The notes below the pieces were generated by a model. The model made no database searches. It saw only the letters and a list, made by a program, of their open reading frames with translations, and was not told the DNA's origin. From NCBI GenBank assembly GCA_035221665.1, contig CM069151.1, positions 29,450,001-29,514,000 on the forward strand: DNA of 64,000 nucleotides. The letters run 5' to 3'. The DNA is from Okamejei kenojei. Lineage: Eukaryota. Positions 50,241 through 63,058 of the stretch are shown in pieces; position 1 is the stretch's first letter, and each line of letters begins with the position of its first letter. Made by a program: the position numbers and the translations under genes.

Positions 50241-51753
50241 TAAATGTATTTTATTGGGATTTTATGTGATAGACCAACACAAAGTGGTGCATAATTGTGA
50301 AGTGGAAGGAAAATGACACATGGTTTTCAAATTTTTTTACAAGTAAAAAACTGAAAAGCGTGGCGTGCAAAAGTATTCAGCCCCCTTTACTCTGATACCC
50401 CTAAATAAAATCCAGTGCAACCAATTGCCTTCAGAAGTCACCTAATTAGTAAATAGAGTCCACTTGTGTGTAATCTAATCTCAGTATCAATCCAGCTGTT
50501 CTGTGAAGGCCTCAGAGGTTTGTTAGAGAACATTAGTGAACAAACAGCATCATGAAGCCCAAGGAACACACCAGACAGGTCAGGGATAAAGTTGTGGAGA
50601 AGTTTAAAGCAGGGTTAGGTTATAAAAAAAATATCCCAAGCTTTGAACATCTCACGGAGCACTGTTCAATCCATCATCTGAAAATGGAAAGAGTATGGCA
50701 CAACTGCAAACCGACCAAGACATGGCCGTCCACCTAAACTGACAGGCCGGGCAAGAAGAGCATTGTTCAGAGAAGCAGCCAAGAGATCCATGGTAACTCT
50801 GGAGGAGCTGCAGAGATCCACAGCTAAGGTGGGAGAATCTGTCCACAGGACAACTATTAGTCATGCACTCCACAAGAAGAAAACCATTGTTGAAACAAAG
50901 CCATAAGAAGTCCCATTTGCAGTTTGCCACAAGCCATGTGGGGGACACAGCAAACATGTGGAGGAAGGTGCTCTGGTCTGATGAGACCAAAATAGTTTTT
51001 GGCCTAAATGCAAAACGCTATGTGTGGCGGAAAACTAACACTGCATATCACCCTGAACACACCATCCCCACTGTGAAACATGGTGGTGGCAGCATCATGC
51101 TGCGGGGATGCTTTCTTCAGCAGGGACAGGAAGCTGGTCAGAGCAGATGGGAAGATGGACTGAGCCAAATACAGCAATCTTGGAAGAAAATCTGTTAGAG
51201 TCTGCAAAAGACTTGAGACTGGGGTGGAGGTTCACCTTCCAGCAGGACAACGACCAAAACATACAGCCAGAGGTACAATGGAATGGTTTAGATCAAAGCA
51301 TATTCATGTGTTAGAATGGCCCAGTCAAAGTCCAGACCTAAATCCAATTGAGAATCTCTGGCAAGACTTGAAAATTGCTGTTCACAGACGCTCTCCATCG
51401 AATCTGACTGAGCTTGAACTATTTTGCAAGAAGAATGGGCAAAAATGTCAGTCTCTAATGTGCAAAGCTGGTAGAGATATACCCCAAAAGACTTGCAGCT
51501 GTAATTGCAGCGAAAGGTGGTTCTACAAAGTATTGACTCAGGGGGGCTGAATACTTTTGCACGCCACACTTTTTAGTTCTTTATTTGTAATAAAATTTGG
51601 AAACCATATATCATTTTCCTTCCACTTCACAATTATGCACCACTTTGTGTTGGTCTATCACATAAAATCCTAATAAAATACATTTACATTTGTGTTGTAA
51701 CGTGACAAAATGTGGAAATGTTCAAAAGGTATGAAAACTATTGCTAGCCATTG
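50241..51753 (+). mobile_element. Tc1-like (IR-DR) DNA transposon, decayed, left TIR truncated
   Basis: Inverted repeats at 50241-50385 and 51541-51753. Transposase fragments MKPKEHT..., [20 protein letters not shown] and [17 protein letters not shown] follows the right end. Confidence 0.95.
50552..51536 (+). pseudogene. Tc1 DDE transposase with multiple frameshifts
   Basis: ORF fragments 50552-50737, 50863-51198, 51108-51314 and 51224-51550 together carry the HTH region and the D, D and E motifs. Confidence 0.9.
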
Positions 51754-51755
51754 TA

Positions 51756-52590
51756 TATTAATGATTTAGATGATGGGATTAAAAGTAACACTAGCAAATT
51801 TACAGATGACACAAAGCTGGGTGGCAGTGTGAACTGCGAAGAGGATGCTAGGAGGTTGCAGGGTGACTTGGACAGGTTGAGTGAGTGGGTAGATGCATGG
51901 CAGATGCAGTATAATGTTGATAAATGTGAGGTTATCCACTTTGGCGGCAAGAACAAGGAGGCAGATTATTATCTCAATGGTGTCAGATTAGGAAAAAGGG
52001 AAGTGCAATGAGACCTGGGTGTCCTTGTACCCCAGTCACTGAAAGTAAACATGCAGGTACAGCAGGCAGTGTAGAAAGCTAATGGCAGCTGGCCTTCAAT
52101 AATCAACCTTCATAACGAGAGGATTTGAGTATAGGAGCAAAGAGGTCCTTCTGCAGTTGTACAGGGCCCTGGTGAGACAACATCTGGAGTATTGTGTGCA
52201 GTTTTGGTCTCCTAATTTGAGGTAGGACATCCTTGCCATTGAGGCATGCAGCGTAGGTTCACGAGGTTAATCCCCGGGATGGCGGGACTGTCATAGAGGA
52301 AAGGTTAGAAAGACTACAGTCCAAGAAAAAAGGGGAGGCCATTTAAAATTGAGATGAGAAAAAACTTTTTCATCCAGAGAGTTGTGAATTTGTGGAATTC
52401 TCTGCCACAAAATGCAGTGGAGGCCAATTCACTGAATGCATTTAAAAGAAAGTAAATAGAGCTCTTGGGGCTAGCGGAAGAAGGCAGGCACGGGTTACTG
52501 ATTGTGGATGATCTGACATGATCACAATGAATGGCAGTGCTGGCTCAAAGGGCCGAATGGCCTTCTCCTTCACTTTTCTATGTTTCTATG
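51756..52590 (+). mobile_element. CR1 LINE 3' part
   Basis: YINDLDDG...KFTDDTKLGG...[10 protein letters not shown]; (TTTCTATG)n tail. Confidence 0.92.
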
Positions 52591-53321
52591 GAAGGAATTT
52601 ATTTTAAATGCATCTCTGCAGCCAAATGAATCAAGACACAAACTATTATGGTGACAAGCTTAAACTCCCACGGATGTCTACAGTTGTTACACTAACATTA
52701 CCACCATGTAGAGGTTAGCTTTGCAGGAAAAATAACTCCTCTGGAGATGAAGGAGTTGTTGTCAATTAGCTTCTCTCTTTTGCCAATCACTTTACTTGCT
52801 ATACATTGTGTTATATTTTCTAAATTGCACCATTATTTATTTTGCACGTTCATTTTTTCTTGTGTTTGTTATCTGAAAATTTCAGATAACAAACTCCAAT
52901 TAAATGTTTTTCATAATCTCCCAAAGCTATGTCTGATGGGTAGTTTATATAATGATGTAGAAAAAGTGGCAAACAATGGCATAAACCTAATAATTATCTT
53001 TATGATGATTTTCTTGGAATAGGAGCTTTTCCATACATTCTTGTTGACCGTTTGCTTTGGAACAAAACAAGTGGTCATTAACTAGTTTAAGATGCTCATT
53101 CTCACCTTCATAACAGATAATGTTGGAGTATGTTCATATGAAATATCAAAACTGGAAATGTATTTTTGCATTTTGTTCATCATTTCAATATTGATACAGG
53201 CACTCCCAGACTTGCTTACACAAGGGTCATGTTCTCTGAACCCTTATGTAAGTCAGATTTGATATAAGTTGGAATCCCCATCCCCATCTTCTGCCCAAAA
53301 TAACTCACTGAGTATTAATTG

Positions 53322-53637
53322 CTTGGGTTGCTCCGAGACCTGGCCATGCTGGCCATCCGCGGGTCACGGCGCCAGGCAGCAGAGGGTGCTGTCCGAGCCG
53401 ACTGTCTGCCCCTTTTCCAGGGTTATAACCCTAGAGAAGGACTATCTGCTGTCCACGGGCACCCTGGGGGATTTACGGGACTGCTGGGCACCGCGGGGGG
53501 TGGAATATATCTTTAATAAGGATGGTAAAATAGTTATTTAAGAATAATTGTTTTATTTATATTATGATGGTGGGTTTGTTTGTATTGTGCATATTATTGT
53601 AGTAATTAAATAAATCTATTTTTGGTTAAAAAAAAAA
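53322..53637 (+). mobile_element. Tx1/L1-like LINE 3' fragment with poly(A) and 12-bp TSD
   Basis: LAMLAIRGSRRQA...ADCLPLFQGY and STGTLGDLRDCWAPRG resemble a Tx1 ORF2 C-terminus. AATAAA and A-tail. GAGTATTAAYTG at 53310-53321 and 53638-53649. Confidence 0.8.
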
Positions 53638-54006
53638 GAGTATTAACTGTCACAGCGGCATCCAGGGCACTTACCGCGCAGTGTGCGGCCTTCTGGGTAA
53701 GCGCTGCCGCCATTGCCGGGTTGTTTCCAACGTAAACTGGAGTGATCCTACGGTATTCGGGAAATTACAGACTGCCTTGTTTGTATTAGGGACTGAGTAA
53801 ATAAGTCGCCTATTGCGTCAGACATGAAGTATCCATACACAAAATTAGCTTTTCCATTATTCCACCTACATAATATTATAAAAACAATTTCAGTGAAATG
53901 GCCTTAGAATTTTGATAAATGGCAACAAATTGAAATGTTGAGATCCTCTCAAAAGCACCAGACTCTTTTCCCATTCACCTCACTGATGCAGACAACATAT
54001 CATTGA

Positions 54007-55089
54007 GAGGTAGACACAAATTGCTGGACAGGCAGCATCTCTGGAGGGAAGGAATGGGTGATGTTTTGGGTCGAGACCCTTCTTCAGACTGATGTTAGGG
54101 GAATGGGCGGGACAGATATAGAATATAGTTGGAGACAGTAAGACTGGTGGGAGAACTGGGAAGGTGGAGAGGATGGAGAGAGAAGGAAAGCAAGAGATAC
54201 TTGAAGTTAGAGAAGTCAATGTTCATACCGCTGGGGAGTAAGCTACTCAAGCAAAATATGAGGTGCTGTTCCTCTAATTTGCACTGGGCCTCACTCTGAC
54301 AGTGGAGGAGGCACAGGACAGAAATGTCAGATTAGGAATGGGAGGGGGAGTTAAAGTGCTGAGCAACCAGGAGATTAGGTAGGTTAAGGTGGACTGAGCG
54401 GAGGTGTTCGGCGAAACGATCGCCGAGCCTGCGCCTGGTCTCGCCGATATACACCTGGAACAGCAGATACAGTAGATGAGGTTGGAGGAGGTGCAAGTGA
54501 ACCTCTGCCTCACCTGAAAAGACTGTTGGGGCCCTTGGATAGAGTGGAGGGTGGAGGTAAAGTGGCAGGTGTTGCATCTCCTGCGCTTGCAGGAGAAAGT
54601 ACCTGGAGAGGGGTGGTTTGGGTGGGAAGGGGCAAGTAAACCAGGGAGTTGCAGAGGGAATGTTCTCTGCGGAAAGGGGTGAAGATGGGAAGATGTGGCC
54701 AGTAGTGGGATCCCCTTGGAGATGGTGAAAATGTTGGAGGATTATCTGCTGTGTGCGACGGCTGATGGGGTGGAAGGTGAGGACAAGGGGGACTCTGTCC
54801 TTGTTACGAATGGGGGGAGGGGGAGTAAGAGCGGAGCTGCGGGATATCGAGGAGATCCAAGTGAGAGCCTCATCTCCAAAGGAATAGGGGAACCCTGGTT
54901 CCCTAAAGAATGAGAACATCTCCGATGACCTGGTATGAAAAATCTCATCCTGGGAGCAGATGCGGCGTAGATGGAGAAATTGGGAGTAGGAGATAGAGCC
55001 TTTACAGGAGGTAGGGTGGGAAGAAGTGTGGTCTACTGGCCACATCTTCCCATCTTTGATTTAAACCAGCATCTGCAGTTCTTTCCTAC
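54007..55089 (-). mobile_element. Penelope-like element 3' part (RT thumb + GIY-YIG + pLTR with hammerhead) with short inverted 5' piece
   Basis: SSHP..CK.SI.YSQFL.LRRICS; FTCTSSNLIYCI.C; YIGETRRRLGDRFAEHL. TSD-like ACAACATRTCATYGA at 53992-54006 and 55090-55104. Inverted pLTR end at about 55051-55089. Confidence 0.92.
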
Positions 55090-55350
55090 ACAACATGTCA
55101 TCGATAACTGCTTCATTAGAATGGTCTAAACCAGGATCTCAACCTTTGTATGGAATTCTGTTATTTTAAGTTCTTAATAATCATAATGAAGTAATGTTTA
55201 GCTTCTTGCAGCCAATGGCCTCCGTTGAGTTGACAGGTGAGCTGGCTGCAGTTTGTTGGAATTGATTTCTGCTGTAAATGGTGGGGAGTTGTTGCACCAC
55301 TGCATCCCTGTGAGTGTCCACAGACCTGCAGCGAGCAATGCTCTGCAACA

Positions 55351-55561
55351 TCTCTGCCTCAGAGAGCAGTGGAGGCGGGTTCTCTGGATGCTTTCAAGAG
55401 AGAGCTAGATAGGGCTCTTAAAAATAGCGGAGTCAGGGATAGGGGAGTAGGCAGGAGCGGGGTACTGATTGGGGATGATCAGCCATGATCACATTGAATG
55501 GGGGTGCTGGCTCGAAGGGCCGAATGGCCTACTCCTGCACCTCTTATCTATTGTCTATTGT
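55351..55561 (+). mobile_element. CR1 3' fragment
   Basis: SLPQRAVEAGSLDAFKRELD; (CTATTGT)n tail. Confidence 0.85.
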
Positions 55562-55779
55562 CGATCAGTACTTCGGTGCATGTACAGAAGTCTTGAAGTT
55601 CCAGACAGCTGCGCAGGGTAATGCTGGTAGCTGCTTGAGGAATTATTGATGCTTGCCTACAAAACCTCAAACAATCCTCCTCATAGCATTAGGATTCATT
55701 TCTCTTTCATATTTGGGAAAAAATAAGTTGCTTTGCTAATTGGGTGTGATCTCAATATCCAGGCCAACCATTAGGCCAA

Positions 55780-55866
55780 AAAACAAAGTGCTGGAGGAAC
55801 TCAGCAGATCAGGCAGCATCTGTGGAGGGAATGGACAGACAATGTTTCGGGTCAGGAGCCTTCTTG
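55780..55866 (-). mobile_element. Penelope-derived module (older variant)
   Basis: TGCTGGAGGAACTCAGC...AGGCAGCATCTGTGGAGGGAATGG...GTTTCGGGTC. Confidence 0.7.
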
Positions 55867-56726
55867 AGGTCTTACTGCTCCTGTAGTGATGAACTACCCT
55901 TACAAGTCTGTCAGGGAAGTAATCCATTTCTCTCTGTGCAAAACCCTTCCTCACAATGTTGGCTCTTGGTGATACTTCCCTACTGATAGTAAGGTGAGAA
56001 AAATCAACTGGCACCATATTAAAGGGAAATGTTTTTGACAAATCATTTTTTGCGCTGTTGAATAAAATGTATGTGGTAGAGACACTTTCATATATGGCGC
56101 AAAAACAGACAAGCCAAATGAACAACACAATTTACGTTATTGCAACAGCATTCATTTTTATGTGTCAGAACTATGGTGCTCAAATGCTTAAATTAATATA
56201 AAAGAAAAAATTTGTCTTAACCCCTGCGAGATAATGCTGTTTTATAACCATTTAATGGGATGAAATGTTTCCTTTATAATAAAGTAATGTCATTAAACTG
56301 TCCTGCATTATTAAATATTAAAATTAAAATATAAATTAACAGAATATCTGGGCATTAGCCAGATATTGTGCAGCTTTATATCAAGCTATGGTGTCTCATA
56401 TTGGTCAAATTCTGGATTAAAATATATGATTAAAAATTGATACAACTAACTTTATGAAAATCATTTGTCAAGTTCAACGTTATTCTTTGTCCACCCTGTT
56501 CATTTTGGTTTTTTATTTTGTACCGAATTGTGATTATTATTGACAAAATTAGAGAGTAAATGTATCGTATATTCATTGGAAAATCCTTTTAACAACAACA
56601 AAAGCTAATCTATACTTTAATTAAATGACTTTTGTCTGGTGTACAGTATTTTTTAGTGTACAAAACAAAGGCGCCCAAACATTGCTCTCTATTGAAATTG
56701 TTTGCAGATTGTTTGAGCAAGAGTAT

Positions 56727-56925
56727 TAGTCATAGTGTGGAAACAGACCCTTCTGCCCAACTTGCCCACACCGGCCAACATGTCCCAGCTACTCTAGTCC
56801 CACCTGCCATTTGGTCCATTTCCTTCCAAACCTGTCCTATCCATGTATCTGTCTAATTGCTTCTTAAATGTTGGGTTGGTCCCTGCCTCAACTACCTTCT
56901 CTGACAGCTCATTGCATACATCCGC
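56727..56925 (-). mobile_element. CR1 3' fragment
   Basis: Similar to 14427-14630. Confidence 0.7.
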
Positions 56926-57468
56926 CAATCAGTGATAATGAATTTCTATTATGTATTCAGATGTTATACTGGGACGTGTGTTGCTTTATGTTAAAGTATG
57001 CAATATTTAAGAAGTGCTCAGCTGCTTTTTAACAATAAACTGCAATAAGCTGCTTTTTGCTATCCAAAAGCCCAGATATAGTACTAAAGAATGACTCCAT
57101 AGCATATGATGCCTTCAGAAATTGGAGTTAAATGAGGCCAAGGAGGGTTTCAGTCACAATCTGCCATCCAGTTGCACAAATTTCCCATTGGCTCAATTTC
57201 AAGCAAAGTTCTTTGTAAGGCAGTGAAGAGCAGAGCACCAGCTCCTAACTCCAACCACAAAGCCAGGATGATCAATCGATGCTCACTCATTCCCCCTGAG
57301 ATCCATTAATCAGCACAAGATAATGATTCACCCCATCTAGCCTGGTGATTGTCTGTGTGGTTTAGGTTGTGTACTTACTAACTGAGCATTGAAGTGTGAG
57401 ATTAGGATTATTTCTCCTTTTTTTATGACCTATGTTCTGATTTGATTTCTTTAAACTTTTGCTTTCAG

Positions 57469-57627
57469 TTCAACAACATAGCAAAATCTGTGAGCTGCTT
57501 CAGACACCTTGTGCAAGCTAATGTCCGAAATAAGAAGGTCCTCAAAGATGCAGTTAATCAAATACAGGCGAAGGGAATCACTGATTATAAAAAAGGCTTT
57601 ACGTTTGCTTTTGAGCAGTTAATGAAT
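57469..57627 (+). CDS. CACNA2D1: alpha2delta-1 exon, 159 bp: [53 protein letters not shown]
   Basis: Acceptor ttttgctttcag and donor gtaagt, phase 0/0. Continues the VWA domain directly from the exon ending at 3494. Confidence 0.96.
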
Positions 57628-58481
57628 GTAAGTACACCCAATCTATTTGAAATGATTATGACACCACGTTGAGTTTAGTTCTGAAGTCAAGCTGTGTGTT
57701 TATTATGCATGTTCAATTTTGCAACAATGGAATTATTGCAAATGATTCTGGTAATAATTTTAAGGATTGAAAAGAGGCAGAAAATAAAAACGGAACATCT
57801 TTTGAGTGATCAGTGAGCAACTCGGGGGCAAGTAAATTACATTTTGTTCTGAAACATGCTGTGATTTTTAAAAAGAAATTAACAATGACTAATATGAGCA
57901 ATAGACCAAGCAGATTTTTATTATTGAGATTTAGCATTCCCAGAATCAGATGATCAGACAGCACTATCGGATCAGAAGTCCTATTCCGCAGCAAATTGTG
58001 GGAGAGTTATTCATCTGTTCCTCTCCCATGTTTTTCCCCCAAAACCTAATTTGAATGTTATCATTTAATCTGCGCCAATTGATCTTTCACGATAACGTAC
58101 CATATACGGGAATTGTCACCATGTCACTTCAGATTCGGTTACCAATATCTTCAAACTGTATCATCTGGTTACCGACATGCCCCTGGAAACTGCTTCGCCC
58201 AAGTTACCTGATTTTCTAACACTTCCATTGATCGTGCCAACATGTGGCGATAGTAACAAGAGCTGCCAGTGGAAGTGGTATCTGTTGCGACACGATTCCA
58301 GATGATTTTCCCTCCTGAACATTTCAGTGTGGCAGCAAAGATACACAACGCCCAGTGAAGGACGCACCTGCCATGCACCATGCAGTCCGTGCTAAAATAA
58401 CTTCACCACATTGATAGGTAGGATGAGGCGTACATGACCACGAGGGGCATGGATAAAGTGAACACTCACAGTTTCTTTTCC

Positions 58482-58766
58482 TGGGGCATAGGCTTAAGGT
58501 GAGGGAGGGGCGATTTAAGAGAGACCTCCTGGGTGACCTTTTCACTCAGAGGATAGTCTATATCTGGAATCAGTTGCCAGAGAAACCTGTAGAAACAGAT
58601 ACCATTTTGTTTTTTAAAAGACATTTGGATAGCCATGTGGTTAGGAAGAGTTTATAGGTCCAAATGCGTGCAAATGGGACAAGTTGTCCAGTATGACAAC
58701 TTAGTTGGTATGCACAAGTGGGCCGAAGGGCCTGTTTCTATGCTGTCATAGGTCTATGACTTTATG
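58482..58766 (+). mobile_element. CR1 3' fragment
   Basis: GHRLKVRGGRF...LFTQRIV.IWN.LP; GGGCCGAAGGGCCTGTTTC tail. Confidence 0.78.
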
Positions 58767-58789
58767 ACAATAATGAAGTCTGGCATTCT

Positions 58790-59015
58790 GCGGTGGCGAT
58801 GCCTTGCGGGTCGACCCTTGGTCGGCGGTCGATCAGAGTGTGGGGGAGAGGGGAAGAACAATGGACAGTGGGGAGGGAGGGGGGTGAGGGAGGGAGAACA
58901 AAGGGGGAGCCGGCGTACTTTGTGACTTTGCCGGCACCGTAGGTGGCCGCTATTGTATACATTGGGTACGGAAGCTAAGAATTTCACTGCCTTGTCACAT
59001 GTGACAATAAAGTTC
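58790..59015 (+). mobile_element. GC-rich 3' fragment with Rex1-like tail
   Basis: Ends AAGAATTTCACTG...CACATGTGACAATAAA, like the Rex1 3' ends in this window. Confidence 0.5.
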
Positions 59016-59852
59016 CAGTATGGCCATTTAGCCTTCTCTGTTCAAAGAAAGGCTGTTTCTTCGACTCTTTTCAAGTTTAACGTCAGTGATTCCAAGTATT
59101 CTCTGTTGATCCAGTTGTCAACACAAACATGACAAAGAAGCAACACTTCAATAATTTGAACAAAGCCGTTTCCCTTCCACCATCTAGACCATGAGTCCTT
59201 GTGGGTATATAAAATGAGCTGCTGGAGGAGATAGATGAGTCAGGTACTATAACATCATTTAAAAGAGACTTGGTAAGGTGCATGGATAGGAGAGGTTTCG
59301 AGGGAAATGGTGCAAACTCGGGCAAATAGACCTAGCTTGGATGTGGCATGGATGAGTTGGGCCAAAGGGTGTGTTACTGTGCTGTATGACTCTATGATCC
59401 TATGATTACTTCTATTCATTTGGCAGATTATTGTCAAATAAATCAGATGAGTAGGCTATTGTCTTCCCCATGTCCTTTGTAATGTTGGTTGACTGCCTTC
59501 TGGAAGATCATATGGTGAAAAATGATATTTGAAGAGGACATGAATCGAATAATGAGGTTTTTCTCTTTGGTTCCTACCTTTACAACAAATTACTTGGATA
59601 TTAGGGAGGATATAATTTGTCTCTGGCTATTTGGAACAAGGCCTCATCAACAGAGATGGTATGGAATGCTAAACTTGAAAAGAATATCTAGGATAAAACT
59701 CCAACTTTGTAATAGAATCATCCCACAGGCTTGCAAAGCTGGTTTGTAGATCAAGATGTCTGAAATATGTACCTTTAGTTATCTCATGCTGTGTGATTTA
59801 AGTGCAATTTGAAATTGAAATTGAATAGATGTTCCTTATTATTTCTTTGTAG

Positions 59853-59957
59853 TTCAATGTATCCCGAGCGAATTGCAACAAGATCATCATGTTATTTACA
59901 GATGGCGGGGAAGAACGAGCCCAAGAAATCTTTACAACATACAATCAGGAGAAAAAA
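59853..59957 (+). CDS. CACNA2D1: alpha2delta-1 exon, 105 bp: [35 protein letters not shown]
   Basis: Acceptor tttctttgtag and donor gtaagt, phase 0/0. Contains the MIDAS Asp in FTDGG. Confidence 0.96.
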
Positions 59958-60853
59958 GTAAGTACTTGTAAAGCTTATTAGTTTTGATACAAAAATACCG
60001 TGACTCCAATAATAGAATTGATTTTGACAGTATTGGCACGGATTGCAAAATTTTCCAAATTAAAGCCAGGTGAGTTTGGTGCAATAAGGAGCACTTTGTA
60101 TTTCAATAGGGGGCATATTTTGTCTTGTTTGCAGAGAATTTAATCCAATTTTTCTTTGGTCCCTATCTCAATCCAAGTATTATTTGGAATAACTTCAAAA
60201 TGTATTTACATTGTAGATTTGTTGTCAGTTTGTTTCCCTAGAGCTGGGCAAATTATTTTAACGGGAAAACTAAAACAATAATTGGAATTCCATTAATTCT
60301 TACCACCCTTTACAACATAATTCTTTGTTATTTTAACACTACTTCTCCTATTCAATTAATATGCTTGTCAGTCAAATAATATTAGTTCAGAAACACTATC
60401 TAACCAAAGCAAGGCATCACCAATGCATTATACATGGATCGAGCAAATTCCACTCGGATGAATTATATTGCCACGAATTTTGTATGTAGATTTGAATAAA
60501 GGGCACTAACTCCCAATAAGAGTGGCTGAGCTTTGAAATCAGATAGCCAGGCAGTGTGTGTGCAAATGCAGGAAAATCTGGAGATATATCCTTCTGATTC
60601 TCATTATTGGTGAACCTAACTTTTAATTTCTGCCTTTCATTTATTTCAATTTCTGTACTCGATTCTTCATAGAATTCGGGGCTCAGTTCCTAGCTAGGTT
60701 GCTTCATGGCTCTTTATCTGTGATGGTTGGTGAGAGGTAGCTGATGTTCCTGGTCACACTGATGTTGCACCAGGTGGGCTAACTTAACACAGCAAGATCC
60801 CGTGTGAAGGCCCACAGAAACATTGCAGTCAAGAGATAGTGTAGTAAACACTG

Positions 60854-60971
60854 AAGATAGGCACAAAATGCTGGAGTAACTCTGCGGGTCAGACAGCATC
60901 TCTGGAGAAAAGGAATAGGTGTGTGTCGGGTTGAGACCCTTCTTCAGATTAACATGATGTAACTAACTAAC
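60854..60971 (-). mobile_element. Penelope-derived module with 12-bp TSD
   Basis: TAGTAAACACTG at 60842-60853 and 60972-60983. Confidence 0.82.
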
Positions 60972-61084
60972 TAGTAAACACTGTGCAGTTTGCTCTTATC
61001 TTACTGCGAGATGAGAGTACTGTTATTCATTTTTGTTTTGCTCTTTTACTTCTTGACATTTTCAAATTTCTTGGCTCATAAACC

Positions 61085-61312
61085 TTGTTTGTTGTGTGCA
61101 ACCACTTAGAGGAAATACTATACATGGTTACAATCAAGCTGTCTACCATGCTCAGATAGAGAATAAAGGGAATAATGATCAGTGCAAGATAAAGTCCAGT
61201 AAAATCCAATTAAAGATAGTCTGAGGGTCTCCTATGAGGTAGATGGCAGCTCAGTGCTGCTCTCGATTTGGTGATGGGGTGGTTCATTTGCCTGATAACA
61301 GCTGGGAAGAAA
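61085..61312 (-). mobile_element. Rex1-like 3' UTR fragment
   Basis: Similar to 19820-20085. Confidence 0.65.
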
Positions 61313-62124
61313 TTAAATAGAAGGTATGCTTTTTCACACTTTTTGTAAACTGGCATCTACAGTTCCTTGTTTCTTTTCATTGGTTCTCCTTGAATCCAGA
61401 AGGCTGATGGGTTGGGGATGGGAAGTGCTTTCTCATGGGGAAATAACTTTATCCACAGACAATAATGCTTTGCCAAAGTTGCATTGGATAAAACAGAGTG
61501 GCTGTTTGCACAGATTACTGACCATCTTTTCTTAACCTTGTCAATGCCAGGACTGACCAGGCCATTTGTGTAAGTGGCTTCCACTTAATTTGCATAGGAA
61601 CAATTAGTAGAAAATGAACTTTGAGCAGGACTGTGAGTAAAGCATCAATATGATTTAGAGTAAAAAACCCTTTGCATTTCAGATTTAGATTTTAGTCAGT
61701 CTGCTTATTGTTTAATTTGAAGCTGTCATCCAATCATTTTAACGATATTTATCCCAGGCGATTCTGATAAGAAAAATAGAAAGATAGAACAAACTGCCTG
61801 GAAAATGAGCAGAGTCATTTAACACAAGCTGCTGTTCTGTCATTATCTTGCTGTTCCCAGATATTGTGTTGTGTTTGCTGTATCTGTGTATCAGTTGGAT
61901 GTATGCCGATTCTAAAAGTGAACATGAACTTGCAAACCTAGCAAACTGAAGACTCTTCCAGGAAACTAAATGTTTCAGAGAATCCTCTGTGTTGTTGCAT
62001 ATATTGGGACATCTGATGACTGGAAGCTTGATGTACATTTAGCCTTTGATACTAAATGTAAATAAATAAAGCCACATGGCCACTTTAATTGTAACCTTTG
62101 AATGAGAGCCAGCAGCATTTTAGT

Positions 62125-62215
62125 AAGATAGACACAAAATGCTGGAGTAATTCAGTGGGACAGGCAGCATCTCTGGATAGAAGGAATAGGTGACATTTTG
62201 GGTCGAGACCCTTCT
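62125..62215 (-). mobile_element. Penelope-derived module
   Basis: AAGATAGACACAAAATGCTGGAGTAA...GGGTCGAGACCCTTCT. Confidence 0.78.
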
Positions 62216-62573
62216 ATTATTATTTAGCTGCTTGCCAACTTGACCAGGTCCTTGTGTAGCACTCGTGTTCCTTCCCATCTCAGAGTCGAGAATTGTGATC
62301 TCCAGAACATGCCTGTTACACCTGGCAAGGGTAGAGTGGAGTTCTGCATCCAACCTCTTGATCAATGTCTAGCAGGAATATTCATTCACGTTTGGTGGGA
62401 GAGGTCCTCTTCTCTCATTTGGTGGGTTCTGAGAAGTTCTGAAATCCTACCTCAATTCTCCATCCATTGGTTGGTGAGAGTTAATTGCAGATCTGCTGAT
62501 ATCGTAGCCAGTCGGCCACTTCACCACACTCAAGGGAATTAAGGTAGGATAATTGATCAACCTATCCAATACA

Positions 62574-62860
62574 GTGGCACAGCGGTAGAGTTGCTGCCTT
62601 ACAGCGTCAGAGACCAGGTTCGACCCTGACTACTGGTGCTGTCTGTACGGAGTTTATAGGTTCTCCCTGTGACCAATTTTCTCTGTGTGCTCCAGTTTCC
62701 TCCCACACTCTAAAGACGTACAGATTTGTAGGTTAATTGGCTTTTGTAAACTGTCCATAGTGTGTAGGATAGAACTAATGTACGGGTGATCGCTGGTCGA
62801 CATGGATTCAGTGAGTCTAAGGCCCTGTTTCCACGCGGTATCTCAAAACTAATCTAAAAC
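62574..62860 (+). mobile_element. HE1/V-SINE-like SINE
   Basis: GTGGCACAGCGGTAGAG head, GGTTCGACCC B box, core and tail. Confidence 0.87.
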
Positions 62861-62914
62861 AATCCATCATAATCTACGCATTGCTGATCAAAATACAGAT
62901 ACAACATTTACAGG

Positions 62915-63058
62915 GCATTTGGAATCGGTACATGGATAGGAAAGGTTTAGGGATATGGGCCAAACATCAGCAGGTGGGACTAGTATAGATGGGGTATCTT
63001 GGTCGGCATGAGAAAGTTGGGCCAAAGGGACTGTTTCCGTCCTGTATGACTCTGACTA
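62915..63058 (+). mobile_element. CR1 3' end fragment
   Basis: TACATGGATAGGAAAGGTTTAG...GGGCCAAAGGG.CTGTTTCC...TATGACTC. Confidence 0.72.
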
